From: Planctomycetota bacterium
GTDB lineage: Bacteria > Planctomycetota > Phycisphaerae > UBA1845
Assembly (NCBI GenBank): GCA_016860685.1
Contig: BOJX01000002.1
Location: 10-64,009, forward strand
DNA length: 64,000 nucleotides
Direction of reading: 5' to 3'
Of this stretch, positions 47,838-56,444 are shown piece after piece. The notes below the pieces were generated by a model. It did no database searches. It worked only from the letters and a program-made list of their open reading frames with translations, and was not told the DNA's origin. The translations under genes and the position numbers were made by a program. Each line of letters starts with the position of its first letter. The first letter of the stretch is position 1.

Positions 47838-48862
47838 GCTCTCGCCCCGGCCGCGCCGGGGGGACGCGGCTCGCGCAGCATACTCCCGTCGTCTGCGGCA
47901 ACAAGCGTGGATGCTTCGTCCAGCATCCTCGACGCCCAGCGTTCCGCCGGCTCGCCGGATTCGGGAAACCGGCAGACGCGGACACGCACCCCGAGCGGCC
48001 GCCAGACTCGCGGGTCGGTCGGTCCGAACACCGCCGCCGTCGGCACGCCCCGCAGCGCCGCCACGTGCGTCATGCCCGCGTCCATCCCGATATAAGCCCG
48101 GGCGCGGCGCAACAACTCAACGACGGCATCGCAGTCCGTCTCGAAGTCGACCGGTGCTGTGCGGCGAAGTCGGCGCTCGAGGGCGCTTCCGAACTGTTCC
48201 GCTTCGTCCGGACCGATCATCCACCTCGCCGCGTGCCCGGCATCCGCGAGTGCGGCCACCAGCCGCTCCATCGCCTCCAGCGGAACGCACTTCGCCCGGC
48301 CGCCGCTGCCGGGATGGCAGTAAACCCAGCCGCCCCCCTCGCTGTCGTCTGCGCCTGTGCGGATCCCCTTGAATGACGCCTGATCTGATCCCGGCTCCCG
48401 GAGATGTTCCAGCGAGACGCCGCAAGCCGCCGCGAATTCCCCCAGCCACTGCTCAGTGATGTGCCGACCGGCGCTAAGTGTTTCCGCCGTCGGACCCGGG
48501 TCGATTCCGATCACCTCGGCGTGAGGCGCGACGCTCCGCAGCGACGCCGTGATCGCGGACCCCGGCCCGTCGAGGAAGCTGATGACTCGGTTGAACCGCC
48601 TGAGAAACGCTTTGAGGACCGCACCGTCGGCGGGTTCGGGGGTGAACAACTCTTGCAATCCGACCTGCTCCGGCACAACGGCCTCGTCTACCAGCCCGAC
48701 TCGCGCCGCCCACAAAGACCAGGAACCGCGCCCTGCCAGCGCCACAAGGCCCCCTTGCGACGACCGGATGTGCCGGATGAAATGCAGCGTCAGGATCAGA
48801 TCGCCCAGCGCGCCCGCATGAAGAACCAGCGTGCGCGGCGCAGCGGAACCCCTGGCGGTCAT
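47834..48862 (-). CDS. Glycosyltransferase family 9 (heptosyltransferase-like)
   Basis: Contains TLVLHAGALGDLILTLHFI, YCHPGSGGRAKCVPLE and YIGMDAGMTHVAALRGVPTAAVFGPTDPRVWRP (GT9 C-terminal nucleotide-sugar motif). ATGA overlaps occur at both ends. Confidence 0.75.
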   Translation of the reverse strand: MTARGSAAPRTLVLHAGALGDLILTLHFIRHIRSSQGGLVALAGRGSWSLWAARVGLVDEAVVPEQVGLQELFTPEPADGAVLKAFLRRFNRVISFLDGPGSAITASLRSVAPHAEVIGIDPGPTAETLSAGRHITEQWLGEFAAACGVSLEHLREPGSDQASFKGIRTGADDSEGGGWVYCHPGSGGRAKCVPLEAMERLVAALADAGHAARWMIGPDEAEQFGSALERRLRRTAPVDFETDCDAVVELLRRARAYIGMDAGMTHVAALRGVPTAAVFGPTDPRVWRPLGVRVRVCRFPESGEPAERWASRMLDEASTLVAADDGSMLREPRPPGAAGARA

Positions 48863-49989
48863 GTGCCGCTCCCGTCTTCAGCGACCGGATGCGCCTCGCG
48901 GATCCAGCCGCCCCCGAGCACTACGTCGCCATCGTAAAGAACCGCCGCCTGTCCCGGTGTGACGGCCGACTGAGGTTCAACGAACGTGGCCTCGAACACC
49001 GCGGGTTCGAGAAGAACGACGTCGGCAGGGGCTGACCGATGCTGATGCCTGATTCTCGCTGACGCGCGGAAGCGACGCGGAGACGCCCCGTGAAAGTTCG
49101 CCCGATCCGCAAGGAACCGCCGCGACCGCAGCGCCTCGCGCGGTCCGAGCGTCACCGTGTTGTTCAACACGTCGAGCCGCGTCACGTACGCCGGCGCTCC
49201 CAGCGCGATCCGCAGTCCGCGCCGCTGTCCGATCGTGAAGTTCGGCACGCCGTCGTGTCGCCCGACAACGCGGCCCGAGGGGTCCACGACGTCGCCGCCG
49301 ACAAACGCCTCGGGGCGTCGCTCCCGCACCACGCGGGCGTAGTCCCGATCCGGGGCGAAGCAGATCTCGACCGAGTCCGGTTTGTCGTGATTCGGGAAAC
49401 CTCGCTGCCGGGCGATCGCGCGAACCTCGTCCTTGTGCAGTTCGCCGAGCGGAAAAAGGATGCGGTTCAGCGCCGCCGCGCGAATGCCGAAAAGAAAATA
49501 CGACTGATCCTTCGAGGCGTCCCGCGCCCGAGCGAGTGCGGGGCGACCGTCGTGCTCGACGATCCGCGCGTAGTGTCCGGTCGCCACGTGGCTCGCCCCG
49601 ATGGCGTCGGCGTATTCGATCAACCGGCCGAACTTGAGGTGATTGTTGCACGTTACGCACGGGTTCGGCGTGCGTCCCCGCGCGTACTCGTCCGCGAAGG
49701 CGTCGATCAGCTTCTGAAAATCCTCGCGAAAATTTAGCGCGTAAAAAGGAACACCTAACTGCCCCGCGACGTAACGCGCGTCCGCCGCATCCGCGGCGGA
49801 GCAGCATCCCTGATGCGGACGGCGCGATCCCCCCGTGGGCGCCTCCACAGGAGCCGCCCCCGTGTCGGCGCCGAGGCGCATAAACAGCCCGACCACGTCG
49901 TACCCCTGGTCTGACAGCAGGCTTGCCGCGACGGAGGAATCCACGCCTCCGCTCATTGCGACCACGACTTTCCCACGCCCTTGCGTCAT
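48859..49989 (-). CDS. mnmA: tRNA 2-thiouridine(34) synthase MnmA
   Basis: [19 protein letters not shown] (PP-loop), RTPNPCVTCNNHLKFG, ATGHYAR and KDQSYFL motifs. Confidence 0.93.
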   Translation of the reverse strand: MTQGRGKVVVAMSGGVDSSVAASLLSDQGYDVVGLFMRLGADTGAAPVEAPTGGSRRPHQGCCSAADAADARYVAGQLGVPFYALNFREDFQKLIDAFADEYARGRTPNPCVTCNNHLKFGRLIEYADAIGASHVATGHYARIVEHDGRPALARARDASKDQSYFLFGIRAAALNRILFPLGELHKDEVRAIARQRGFPNHDKPDSVEICFAPDRDYARVVRERRPEAFVGGDVVDPSGRVVGRHDGVPNFTIGQRRGLRIALGAPAYVTRLDVLNNTVTLGPREALRSRRFLADRANFHGASPRRFRASARIRHQHRSAPADVVLLEPAVFEATFVEPQSAVTPGQAAVLYDGDVVLGGGWIREAHPVAEDGSGT

Positions 49990-50154
49990 CCGCCGGAATT
50001 GTACGCCGGCGGGCGTTCGATTACACCTGCCCGATGTTCGCGGCTGCAACCCTTCGGACCGCAGCCGGTATCAGTTGCGTGGGGATTTCGCGCTTTCGGC
50101 GGGGCGGCGGGTGCGGATCGACGTCTTAGTGTGAGGCGGATTCGGGAGGGCGAC

Positions 50155-52527
50155 ATGTTTGAGGTGACCACGAACAAAAGCGTCAGGCGCGCCTTTTTTT
50201 TTCTTGCAGCGGTGGTTTTGATGATTCAGGATCGGGCGGCGGCGCAGGTCTCGCCGCTGGCGGATGTTGACGCCGCGCTCAAGCGCGCCGAACTGTCGCG
50301 AGACGACCTGCGCATCGACCCCGCGGACCTGGATCTTTTTGACCGTCAGGAACCGCGATCGCCGCTCCACGCCTCGATTCTGGCGAAACCCTTCAACGCT
50401 CTCGTGCTCCCCGGGTTCCTCGACGAGTCGCTTTCGATCGCCGAGGCTTCGCAGGTTGCGTCTTCCGCGTTGGCGAACCTGTCGCGCTGGCACGGGCGCA
50501 CCGTCCGGCGGGATCTGATCGGGGATCCGCTCGACCGGGCACGTAAACTTGCCGAAGGTCCGGACCCGGTCGTCACGGCGATCAAGCGCGTGTACACGAT
50601 CGGCGGCGGAACGTTCGCCCCCGATGCTCAGGAAAAGGTCAAAGCCGATCTCGCCGGCTCACCGCTCGAGCTTCAGCAGAAGATCGCCGTGCTCATCCAC
50701 GTGATGTGCGACGCGCAGGAGTGGACCGGCCTCGCCTGCGAGCCGCTCTCGGATACGCAGTGGAACGAACTACTCACCTCCGGCCGCGGCGTGCCCGAGC
50801 CGGGGCTCACGCCGATCTCCGAGCATCGACGCCGCTTGATGACGGCTGGGGCGCTTAACGACTTTGACACCGCCCTGGTCATCGCCGCGATGCAGGACGT
50901 GACGTTCGCCGTTGCGGACCTGGCAACGCTTTTCGTCGTCCAGGAGGAGGAGCCTCTGCCTCCGCAACCGAGTCAGCCGATCGTCAGCCGCCCGCCGTCC
51001 GGAGGTGCAAGCCGCGGCGCCGGCGCGCCGATCCAGCCGCGCGAGATTACGACGATTCCGGGCCGCGTCACGCCTTCCGGCGGCGCAACAGCCTTGCCGC
51101 CCACCGGACACATTCCCCAGCCGGGACAGGCAGGCGCGCCGGGACAGCCGCGACCTCAGCCCAACCCCGCGCCGCCCGGTCCGGACAACCGCGTCAGCAA
51201 GGATCCCGACAAGAATCAGGGGGCGCAGAACTCCTCCGCGCCGGCCCCGCCGCCGCTTTATGCGAAAGATGCGCCGAAGTGGTCGATCGATCTGATGACG
51301 CCGCTCGGACAGATTTCAATCGGCGCCGATCACAAGCTCTCGGACAACCCCCTCCCGCCGTTTCTCGTCATTGACTGGATCGGCGACGACGCCTACGCAA
51401 CGCGCGTCGCCGTCAACGCCGCGCCGAAGCAGCGCGTCTCCGTCCTGATCGACTTCGGCGGAAACGACTCCTACGTCAACACTGACGACAAGCTCGGCAA
51501 CTTCGGGTCCGGGCAGTGTGGCATCGGCATGCTCTTTGATTTCGCCGGCGACGACACGTACACGATCACCCAGAACGGCCTCGGGCACGCGATCTTCGGC
51601 GGCGGTCTGCTTTACGACCACGCCGGAACGGACAAGTACACCGCCGTCGAGCGCGCCCAGGGCTGCGCCTTCACGCGCGGCGTCGCGCTGCTGGTCGATC
51701 GGTCCGGCAAAGACGTCTACCAGCTCTTCACGGTCGGCCAGGGCTACGGCGGGCCGGGCGCGCTCGGCGCGCTGATCGACGTGTCCGGCGACGACGCCTA
51801 CGTTGCCAACGACACCGACATTCGCTTCCCTTCGCCGCAATCCGCCGAGCACAACATTTCGATGGCGCAGGGCTGCGGGTCCGGCGTGCGCGGCGACTAC
51901 CTCGAGGGCCTCAGTCTCCCCGGCGGCGTCGGGCTCCTTTATGACGGCGGCGGCAAGGACACGTACACGTGCGGAGTGTTCGGGCAAGGCGTCGGATACT
52001 GGTTCGGCGTCGGAGTCCTTTATGATCGCAACGGCGACGACGTGTACCAGGGACAGTGGTACGCGCAAGGCGCGTCCGCGCACTTCGCCGTCGGGCTTCT
52101 CCTGGACGGCGAGGGCAACGACACCTACGCCGCGTCGATGAACGTCACGCAGGGCGCGGGGCACGACGTCGGGCTGGGTATGTTCGCGGACCTGGCGGGA
52201 GATGATCGTTACACTGCGGGCAGTCTCGCCTGGGGCGCGGGCAACGCCGCGGGGACTGGAATCTTCGTTGATCGGCAGGGGGCGGATCGCTACGTCCTTG
52301 ACGGCGAAGCAAGCAATAATTTCGGCTACGTGACCCCGGATGCGTCCGGCAGCGTGCGCAAGGCGATTCCCGGCGCGGGCGTGTTTCTTGACCTCGGCGG
52401 GCGCGACACCTACCCGACGGGTCGCGGCGGCGACAACCGGGTCTGGGCCGACAAGCCTGCGATCCCCGCGGACGTCTTCCCGGGACGCGCACACGGCGTT
52501 GACATGGAAGCCGGCAGTTACAGGTAA
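50155..52527 (+). CDS. Secreted protein: N-terminal domain, Pro-rich linker, and a C-terminal array of 27-residue repeats (beta-solenoid-like)
   Basis: ATG 50155 follows GGGAGGG. Signal peptide MFEVTTNKSVRRAFFFLAAVVLMIQDRAAAQ. The Pro/Gly/Gln-rich linker spans 50941..51265, followed by the repeats (see the repeat feature). Confidence 0.7.
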   Translation: MFEVTTNKSVRRAFFFLAAVVLMIQDRAAAQVSPLADVDAALKRAELSRDDLRIDPADLDLFDRQEPRSPLHASILAKPFNALVLPGFLDESLSIAEASQVASSALANLSRWHGRTVRRDLIGDPLDRARKLAEGPDPVVTAIKRVYTIGGGTFAPDAQEKVKADLAGSPLELQQKIAVLIHVMCDAQEWTGLACEPLSDTQWNELLTSGRGVPEPGLTPISEHRRRLMTAGALNDFDTALVIAAMQDVTFAVADLATLFVVQEEEPLPPQPSQPIVSRPPSGGASRGAGAPIQPREITTIPGRVTPSGGATALPPTGHIPQPGQAGAPGQPRPQPNPAPPGPDNRVSKDPDKNQGAQNSSAPAPPPLYAKDAPKWSIDLMTPLGQISIGADHKLSDNPLPPFLVIDWIGDDAYATRVAVNAAPKQRVSVLIDFGGNDSYVNTDDKLGNFGSGQCGIGMLFDFAGDDTYTITQNGLGHAIFGGGLLYDHAGTDKYTAVERAQGCAFTRGVALLVDRSGKDVYQLFTVGQGYGGPGALGALIDVSGDDAYVANDTDIRFPSPQSAEHNISMAQGCGSGVRGDYLEGLSLPGGVGLLYDGGGKDTYTCGVFGQGVGYWFGVGVLYDRNGDDVYQGQWYAQGASAHFAVGLLLDGEGNDTYAASMNVTQGAGHDVGLGMFADLAGDDRYTAGSLAWGAGNAAGTGIFVDRQGADRYVLDGEASNNFGYVTPDASGSVRKAIPGAGVFLDLGGRDTYPTGRGGDNRVWADKPAIPADVFPGRAHGVDMEAGSYR
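51361..52430 (+). repeat. About 12 tandem protein-level repeats of ~27 aa, consensus hhhDxxGxDxYxxxxxxQGxxxxxxxG
   Basis: Examples: MLFDFAGDDTYTITQNGLGHAIFGGG / LLYDHAGTDKYTAVERAQGCAFTRGVA / LLVDRSGKDVYQLFTVGQGYGGPGALG / LLYDGGGKDTYTCGVFGQGVGYWFGVG / VLYDRNGDDVYQGQWYAQGASAHFAVG / LLLDGEGNDTYAASMNVTQGAGHDVGLG / MFADLAGDDRYTAGSLAWGAGNAAGTG. Confidence 0.8.
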
Positions 52528-52635
52528 CCTCGGCAGGGCCAAGTACATCGAAGACAGTGGTGCAATCCGGGTCGGCGCCGTCGCCTGATGAAGAACCGCC
52601 GACGGCGGCGAGACTTCCCGAAGGAGATCCCCGCA

Positions 52636-53235
52636 ATGAACCGACTGCCGGACCCCGTCGATCATCGACGTCCGGACTACCTGATCGATCCGATCTTCTG
52701 GCGACGCTGGTCGCCGCGCGCGATGAGCGGGGAGTCGATCACGAACGAGGAGCTGATGCGCCTCTTCGAGGCCGCTCGCTGGGCGCCCTCCACCTACAAC
52801 GAGCAGGAGTGGCGCTTCCTTTATGCGACGCGCGGCGGACCGCACTGGACGACGTTCTTCGACCTGCTGCTGCCTGCCAACCAGACCTGGTGCGCCAACG
52901 CCGCGGTGCTTGTCGTCGTCGCCTCCTCCACCGTGTTCGCGCGTAACGGCAAGCCCAACCCGGTGCATACGTTTGATGCTGGCGCCGCTTTTCAGAACCT
53001 CTCCCTGCAAGGAGCCGTGATGGGGCTGGTCGTCCACGGGATGGCAGGGTTCGACGCCGCGAAAGCTCGCGCGGCGCTGCATGTTCCGCCGGAATACAAG
53101 ATCGAGGCGATGATTGCGATCGGTCGGCCCGGCGACCCGCAGTTGCTGCCGGAGGATCTCCGCGAGCGGGAAATCCCCTCGGGACGCAAACCGGTGTCGC
53201 AGATCGCCGCGGAAGGCAGCTTCTGGAGCGCGTAA
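52636..53235 (+). CDS. Nitroreductase family protein
   Basis: ATG 52636 follows AAGGAG. RRWSPRAMSGESITNEELMRLFEAARWAPSTYNEQEWRFLY and GLVVHGMAGFD are typical nitroreductase-fold blocks. Confidence 0.8.
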   Translation: MNRLPDPVDHRRPDYLIDPIFWRRWSPRAMSGESITNEELMRLFEAARWAPSTYNEQEWRFLYATRGGPHWTTFFDLLLPANQTWCANAAVLVVVASSTVFARNGKPNPVHTFDAGAAFQNLSLQGAVMGLVVHGMAGFDAAKARAALHVPPEYKIEAMIAIGRPGDPQLLPEDLREREIPSGRKPVSQIAAEGSFWSA

Positions 53236-53269
53236 GCAAGCAGGCGGCGGGTGCGGCCGGCGCCGAGGC

Positions 53270-54823
53270 CTACTCCCACTCAATTGTGGACGGCGGCTTC
53301 GTCGAAATGTCGTAGACCACGCGGTTGACGCCGCGCACTTCGTTGATGATGCGCGTCGAAATGTTCGCCAGGACTTCGTGGTCGATCCGCACCCAGTCCG
53401 CCGTCATGAAATCTGCGCTCTCCACGAACCGCACCGCCGCGATGTGCTGGTCCGCGTATGTCCGGTCATCCCCCATCACACCCACCGTCGAAACCGGAAC
53501 GAGCACGACAAAACCCTGCGCAATCTTGCGGTACCATCCCGCCGCGCGGATCTCTTCGAGCACGATGTCGTCGCACGCGCGGAGCAGGTCCAGCCGTCGC
53601 GGCGTCACCACGCCGATGATGCGCACCGCCAGGCCCGGCCCGGGGAAAGGATGTCGCCAGACAATCTCCTCCGGTAGTCCCAGGTGTTCGCCGACACGCC
53701 GCACCTCATCCTTGAACAAATCGCGCAGCGGTTCGAGCAGCTCGAACCCCAGCTCAGCCGGCAGCCCGCCCACGTTGTGATGCAGCTTGATCCCCGCCGC
53801 ATGTCCGCCCACGCTGTGCCCGGACTCGATCACGTCCGGGTAAAGCGTCCCCTGTGCGAGGAACTCGACACCGGGAAGCTGCTCGGCTTCACGACGAAAA
53901 ACATCAATGAACTCGTGACCGATGATGATGCGCTTCTGCTGCGGATCGGTAACGCCGTCGAGACGCTGCAAGAACCCCTCGGCGGCGTCCGCGACGCGCA
54001 AGTCGATGTGAAAGTGCCGCCGGAAGGTGGACTCGACCAACTCGGTCTCGCGGTTGCGCAGCAAACCGTTGTCCACGAAAATGCACGTCAGCCGCTCGCC
54101 GATCGCCTTGTGTATCAGCACCGCCGCGACGCTGCTGTCCACTCCGCCCGAAAGCCCGCAGATCACCCGCGCCTTCGGACCGACGCGCTCGCGGATGCCT
54201 TCGATGATATCCTGCGTGAAGTTGCCGACCTGCCAGTCTCCCTCGCACTGGCAGATGTCATAAAGGAAATTGCGGAATATTTGCTCGCCGCACGGCGTGT
54301 GCGTCACTTCCGGGTGAAACTGCACGCCCCAGAAGGGGCGCGTCCGGTGGCGCACCGCTGCGAAGGGCGAGTTATCCGTCCGCCCCAGTTCAATGAAGTC
54401 CTCGGAAATCCGGTCCACTACGTCGCCGTGACTCATCCAGACGACCGAGTGCGGCGCAATATGCGCCAGGAGCGGGTCTTCCTGCGTCACCGTCAGGTGA
54501 GTCCGGCCGAACTCGCGCGCCGACGCAGCACTGACCTTGCCGCCCAGCATCTGACACGCGAGCTGTAATCCGTAGCAGATGCCCAGAGTCGGCAGCCCCA
54601 GCTCCAGCACGCGCGGGTCCGCCAGCTTCGGCGCGCCGTCCGCGTACACGCTCGACGGTCCGCCGGAGAGGATGATCCCCACGGTCCGGTGCTCGCGGGC
54701 CTGCTCAGCGGTGAGGGTGGGGGGGACGATGATGCTGTGAACGTGCTGCTCGCGCACCCGGCGCGCGATCAATTGAACATACTGGCTGCCGAAATCCACG
54801 ACGAGGATCGTCGGTGTGATCAT
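53270..54823 (-). CDS. guaA: GMP synthase (glutamine-hydrolysing)
   Basis: [43 protein letters not shown] (PP-loop) and C-terminal [18 protein letters not shown]. Confidence 0.97.
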   Translation of the reverse strand: MITPTILVVDFGSQYVQLIARRVREQHVHSIIVPPTLTAEQAREHRTVGIILSGGPSSVYADGAPKLADPRVLELGLPTLGICYGLQLACQMLGGKVSAASAREFGRTHLTVTQEDPLLAHIAPHSVVWMSHGDVVDRISEDFIELGRTDNSPFAAVRHRTRPFWGVQFHPEVTHTPCGEQIFRNFLYDICQCEGDWQVGNFTQDIIEGIRERVGPKARVICGLSGGVDSSVAAVLIHKAIGERLTCIFVDNGLLRNRETELVESTFRRHFHIDLRVADAAEGFLQRLDGVTDPQQKRIIIGHEFIDVFRREAEQLPGVEFLAQGTLYPDVIESGHSVGGHAAGIKLHHNVGGLPAELGFELLEPLRDLFKDEVRRVGEHLGLPEEIVWRHPFPGPGLAVRIIGVVTPRRLDLLRACDDIVLEEIRAAGWYRKIAQGFVVLVPVSTVGVMGDDRTYADQHIAAVRFVESADFMTADWVRIDHEVLANISTRIINEVRGVNRVVYDISTKPPSTIEWE

Positions 54824-54887
54824 GCTCCTGCCCGGCTCCGATCCGCCGCCGGTACTCCTTTCATCTTGTCACACGGGACTGAATTTC

Positions 54888-55859
54888 TCAAAAGCCCCAA
54901 CCCAGCGACCGCGTCAGCTCCGCGTACATCAGCTCCAGCCCGAAGTGCCACCCCGCGGCCGCAGCCGCCGTCACCCCCGGGGTGATGATCCCCGAAAAAA
55001 CGAGCATTCTCCTCCGCGCTCGCACCGGCGCCCCAGCCGACAAACGGAGCACGTAGAACCACGCCCCGGCGACGCCCAGCGCCGCCAGAACGCCCGCCGT
55101 CGCCACCACCGCCTCCGGCGAAATCATCACCCCCCAGCCGCCCAGAGCGCTCGCCCGCGCGACCGGATACAGCGCGAAGCACAGGCCGGCCAGCACCAGC
55201 GGGGGAAACCAGCCCGCCGCGTAGTGCCACGCCGCGGTCATCCGTCCCTCTCCGCGATGCCCCGCGTCAAGAAAGCTTTCCGCCAACCCCCGCACCGTCA
55301 CCAGCACCAGCCACGCCAGAAAAAGCGCCGTCACGAAGCTGATCCCCAGCACCATCCCGGCCAGCCGCACGTTCCACCACAACACCAGCGGCATCTTCTG
55401 CGACGCCAGCACCGGACCCGACTGCGGCGGAGACGCCACAACCACCCACCCCGCGCCGCGCTGCGTCGCCTGTTCCGGAATCGACTCCCGCCAGCCGATC
55501 CACGCCACGTGCACCAAGGCCGCGGCCAGCGCCAACCACAACACGCCTACCAGAAAAAACCGCCGCGAAGCCGCCGAGGACCGCATCAGCATCAGGTGGC
55601 GCACACGCTCCCCGCTCGCCAGGCAGATCCACGCCGCCATCGTCCACCACGCACGACGACCCTCCGAATACGCCCGCGCGAAAGGCGTCGTATCCACGTT
55701 CGTCGTCGCAGGCTCCGTCAACGGATAATCACACAGATCGCATCGCGGAGGCGGCGGCGGATGAAACCGCTGTCCGCAGGCCGGACAACGCCGAACGTCC
55801 CGCGCCGCCGGGGTCGGACCTTCGCGCACATCAGCTTCAGCCGGGGCGGGAGTCGTCAT
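54888..55859 (-). CDS. Hypothetical polytopic membrane protein with N-terminal zinc ribbon
   Basis: CPACGQRF-8 aa-CDLCDYPL, followed by about 7 hydrophobic spans. No family was recognised. Confidence 0.5.
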   Translation of the reverse strand: MTTPAPAEADVREGPTPAARDVRRCPACGQRFHPPPPPRCDLCDYPLTEPATTNVDTTPFARAYSEGRRAWWTMAAWICLASGERVRHLMLMRSSAASRRFFLVGVLWLALAAALVHVAWIGWRESIPEQATQRGAGWVVVASPPQSGPVLASQKMPLVLWWNVRLAGMVLGISFVTALFLAWLVLVTVRGLAESFLDAGHRGEGRMTAAWHYAAGWFPPLVLAGLCFALYPVARASALGGWGVMISPEAVVATAGVLAALGVAGAWFYVLRLSAGAPVRARRRMLVFSGIITPGVTAAAAAGWHFGLELMYAELTRSLGWGF

Positions 55860-55868
55860 ACCAGCGTC

Positions 55869-56399
55869 TTATGCTCCCGGAGTCGCCGCGTCTGCTGTCC
55901 CTTGACGATCCGTCTCCGCGCACCAGTCCGAAGGTGCGGATCGGTCCGGCGTGCGTCGCGACGGCCCTGGTCGATCCCCTCGCGTGTACGCCGCCGTCCA
56001 GAACGGATCCACCACAAGACTCAGAGGGATGAACATATTGTTCACCAGCCACCGCCCGTCGCCGTATGCGAACGCGAAGTAATCCTCCCACGTCCACGCG
56101 AAGCGCCCGTCGTCGCTGCCCCGGTGCTCAAACGGATCCTCGAAATAAAGCGGACCGTGATCGACGTGCGTCACCGGCGCGGCGGTCTTCAGCGGGGCGT
56201 GATCCCGATGTCTTTGCTCTCGGACGCCGGGTTGCTCCGAGATGCGCGTCACCGATGCCGTGGTCACCGCTCCGCGCTGCGAGACAGGGTCCACGAAGGG
56301 ATCCTCGTAGACATTTCGACACCCGGCGACGCAAACCCCCGCCGCCGCAACGACCGCCCAGATCCCCGCCTTCCGCACGATCCACCCTGATCGTTTCAT
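55869..56399 (-). CDS. Hypothetical lipoprotein with PLYFED motif
   Basis: Lipobox in MKRSGWIVRKAGIWAVVAAAGVCVAGC. HGPLYFEDPFEHRG resembles a motif I recall from planctomycete hypothetical proteins (recollection, not verified). Confidence 0.5.
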   Translation of the reverse strand: MKRSGWIVRKAGIWAVVAAAGVCVAGCRNVYEDPFVDPVSQRGAVTTASVTRISEQPGVREQRHRDHAPLKTAAPVTHVDHGPLYFEDPFEHRGSDDGRFAWTWEDYFAFAYGDGRWLVNNMFIPLSLVVDPFWTAAYTRGDRPGPSRRTPDRSAPSDWCAETDRQGTADAATPGA

Positions 56400-56444
56400 C
56401 CGCTCATCCTCTTTGTATTGACGCCGGCGCTCCCAGATTCGCGA

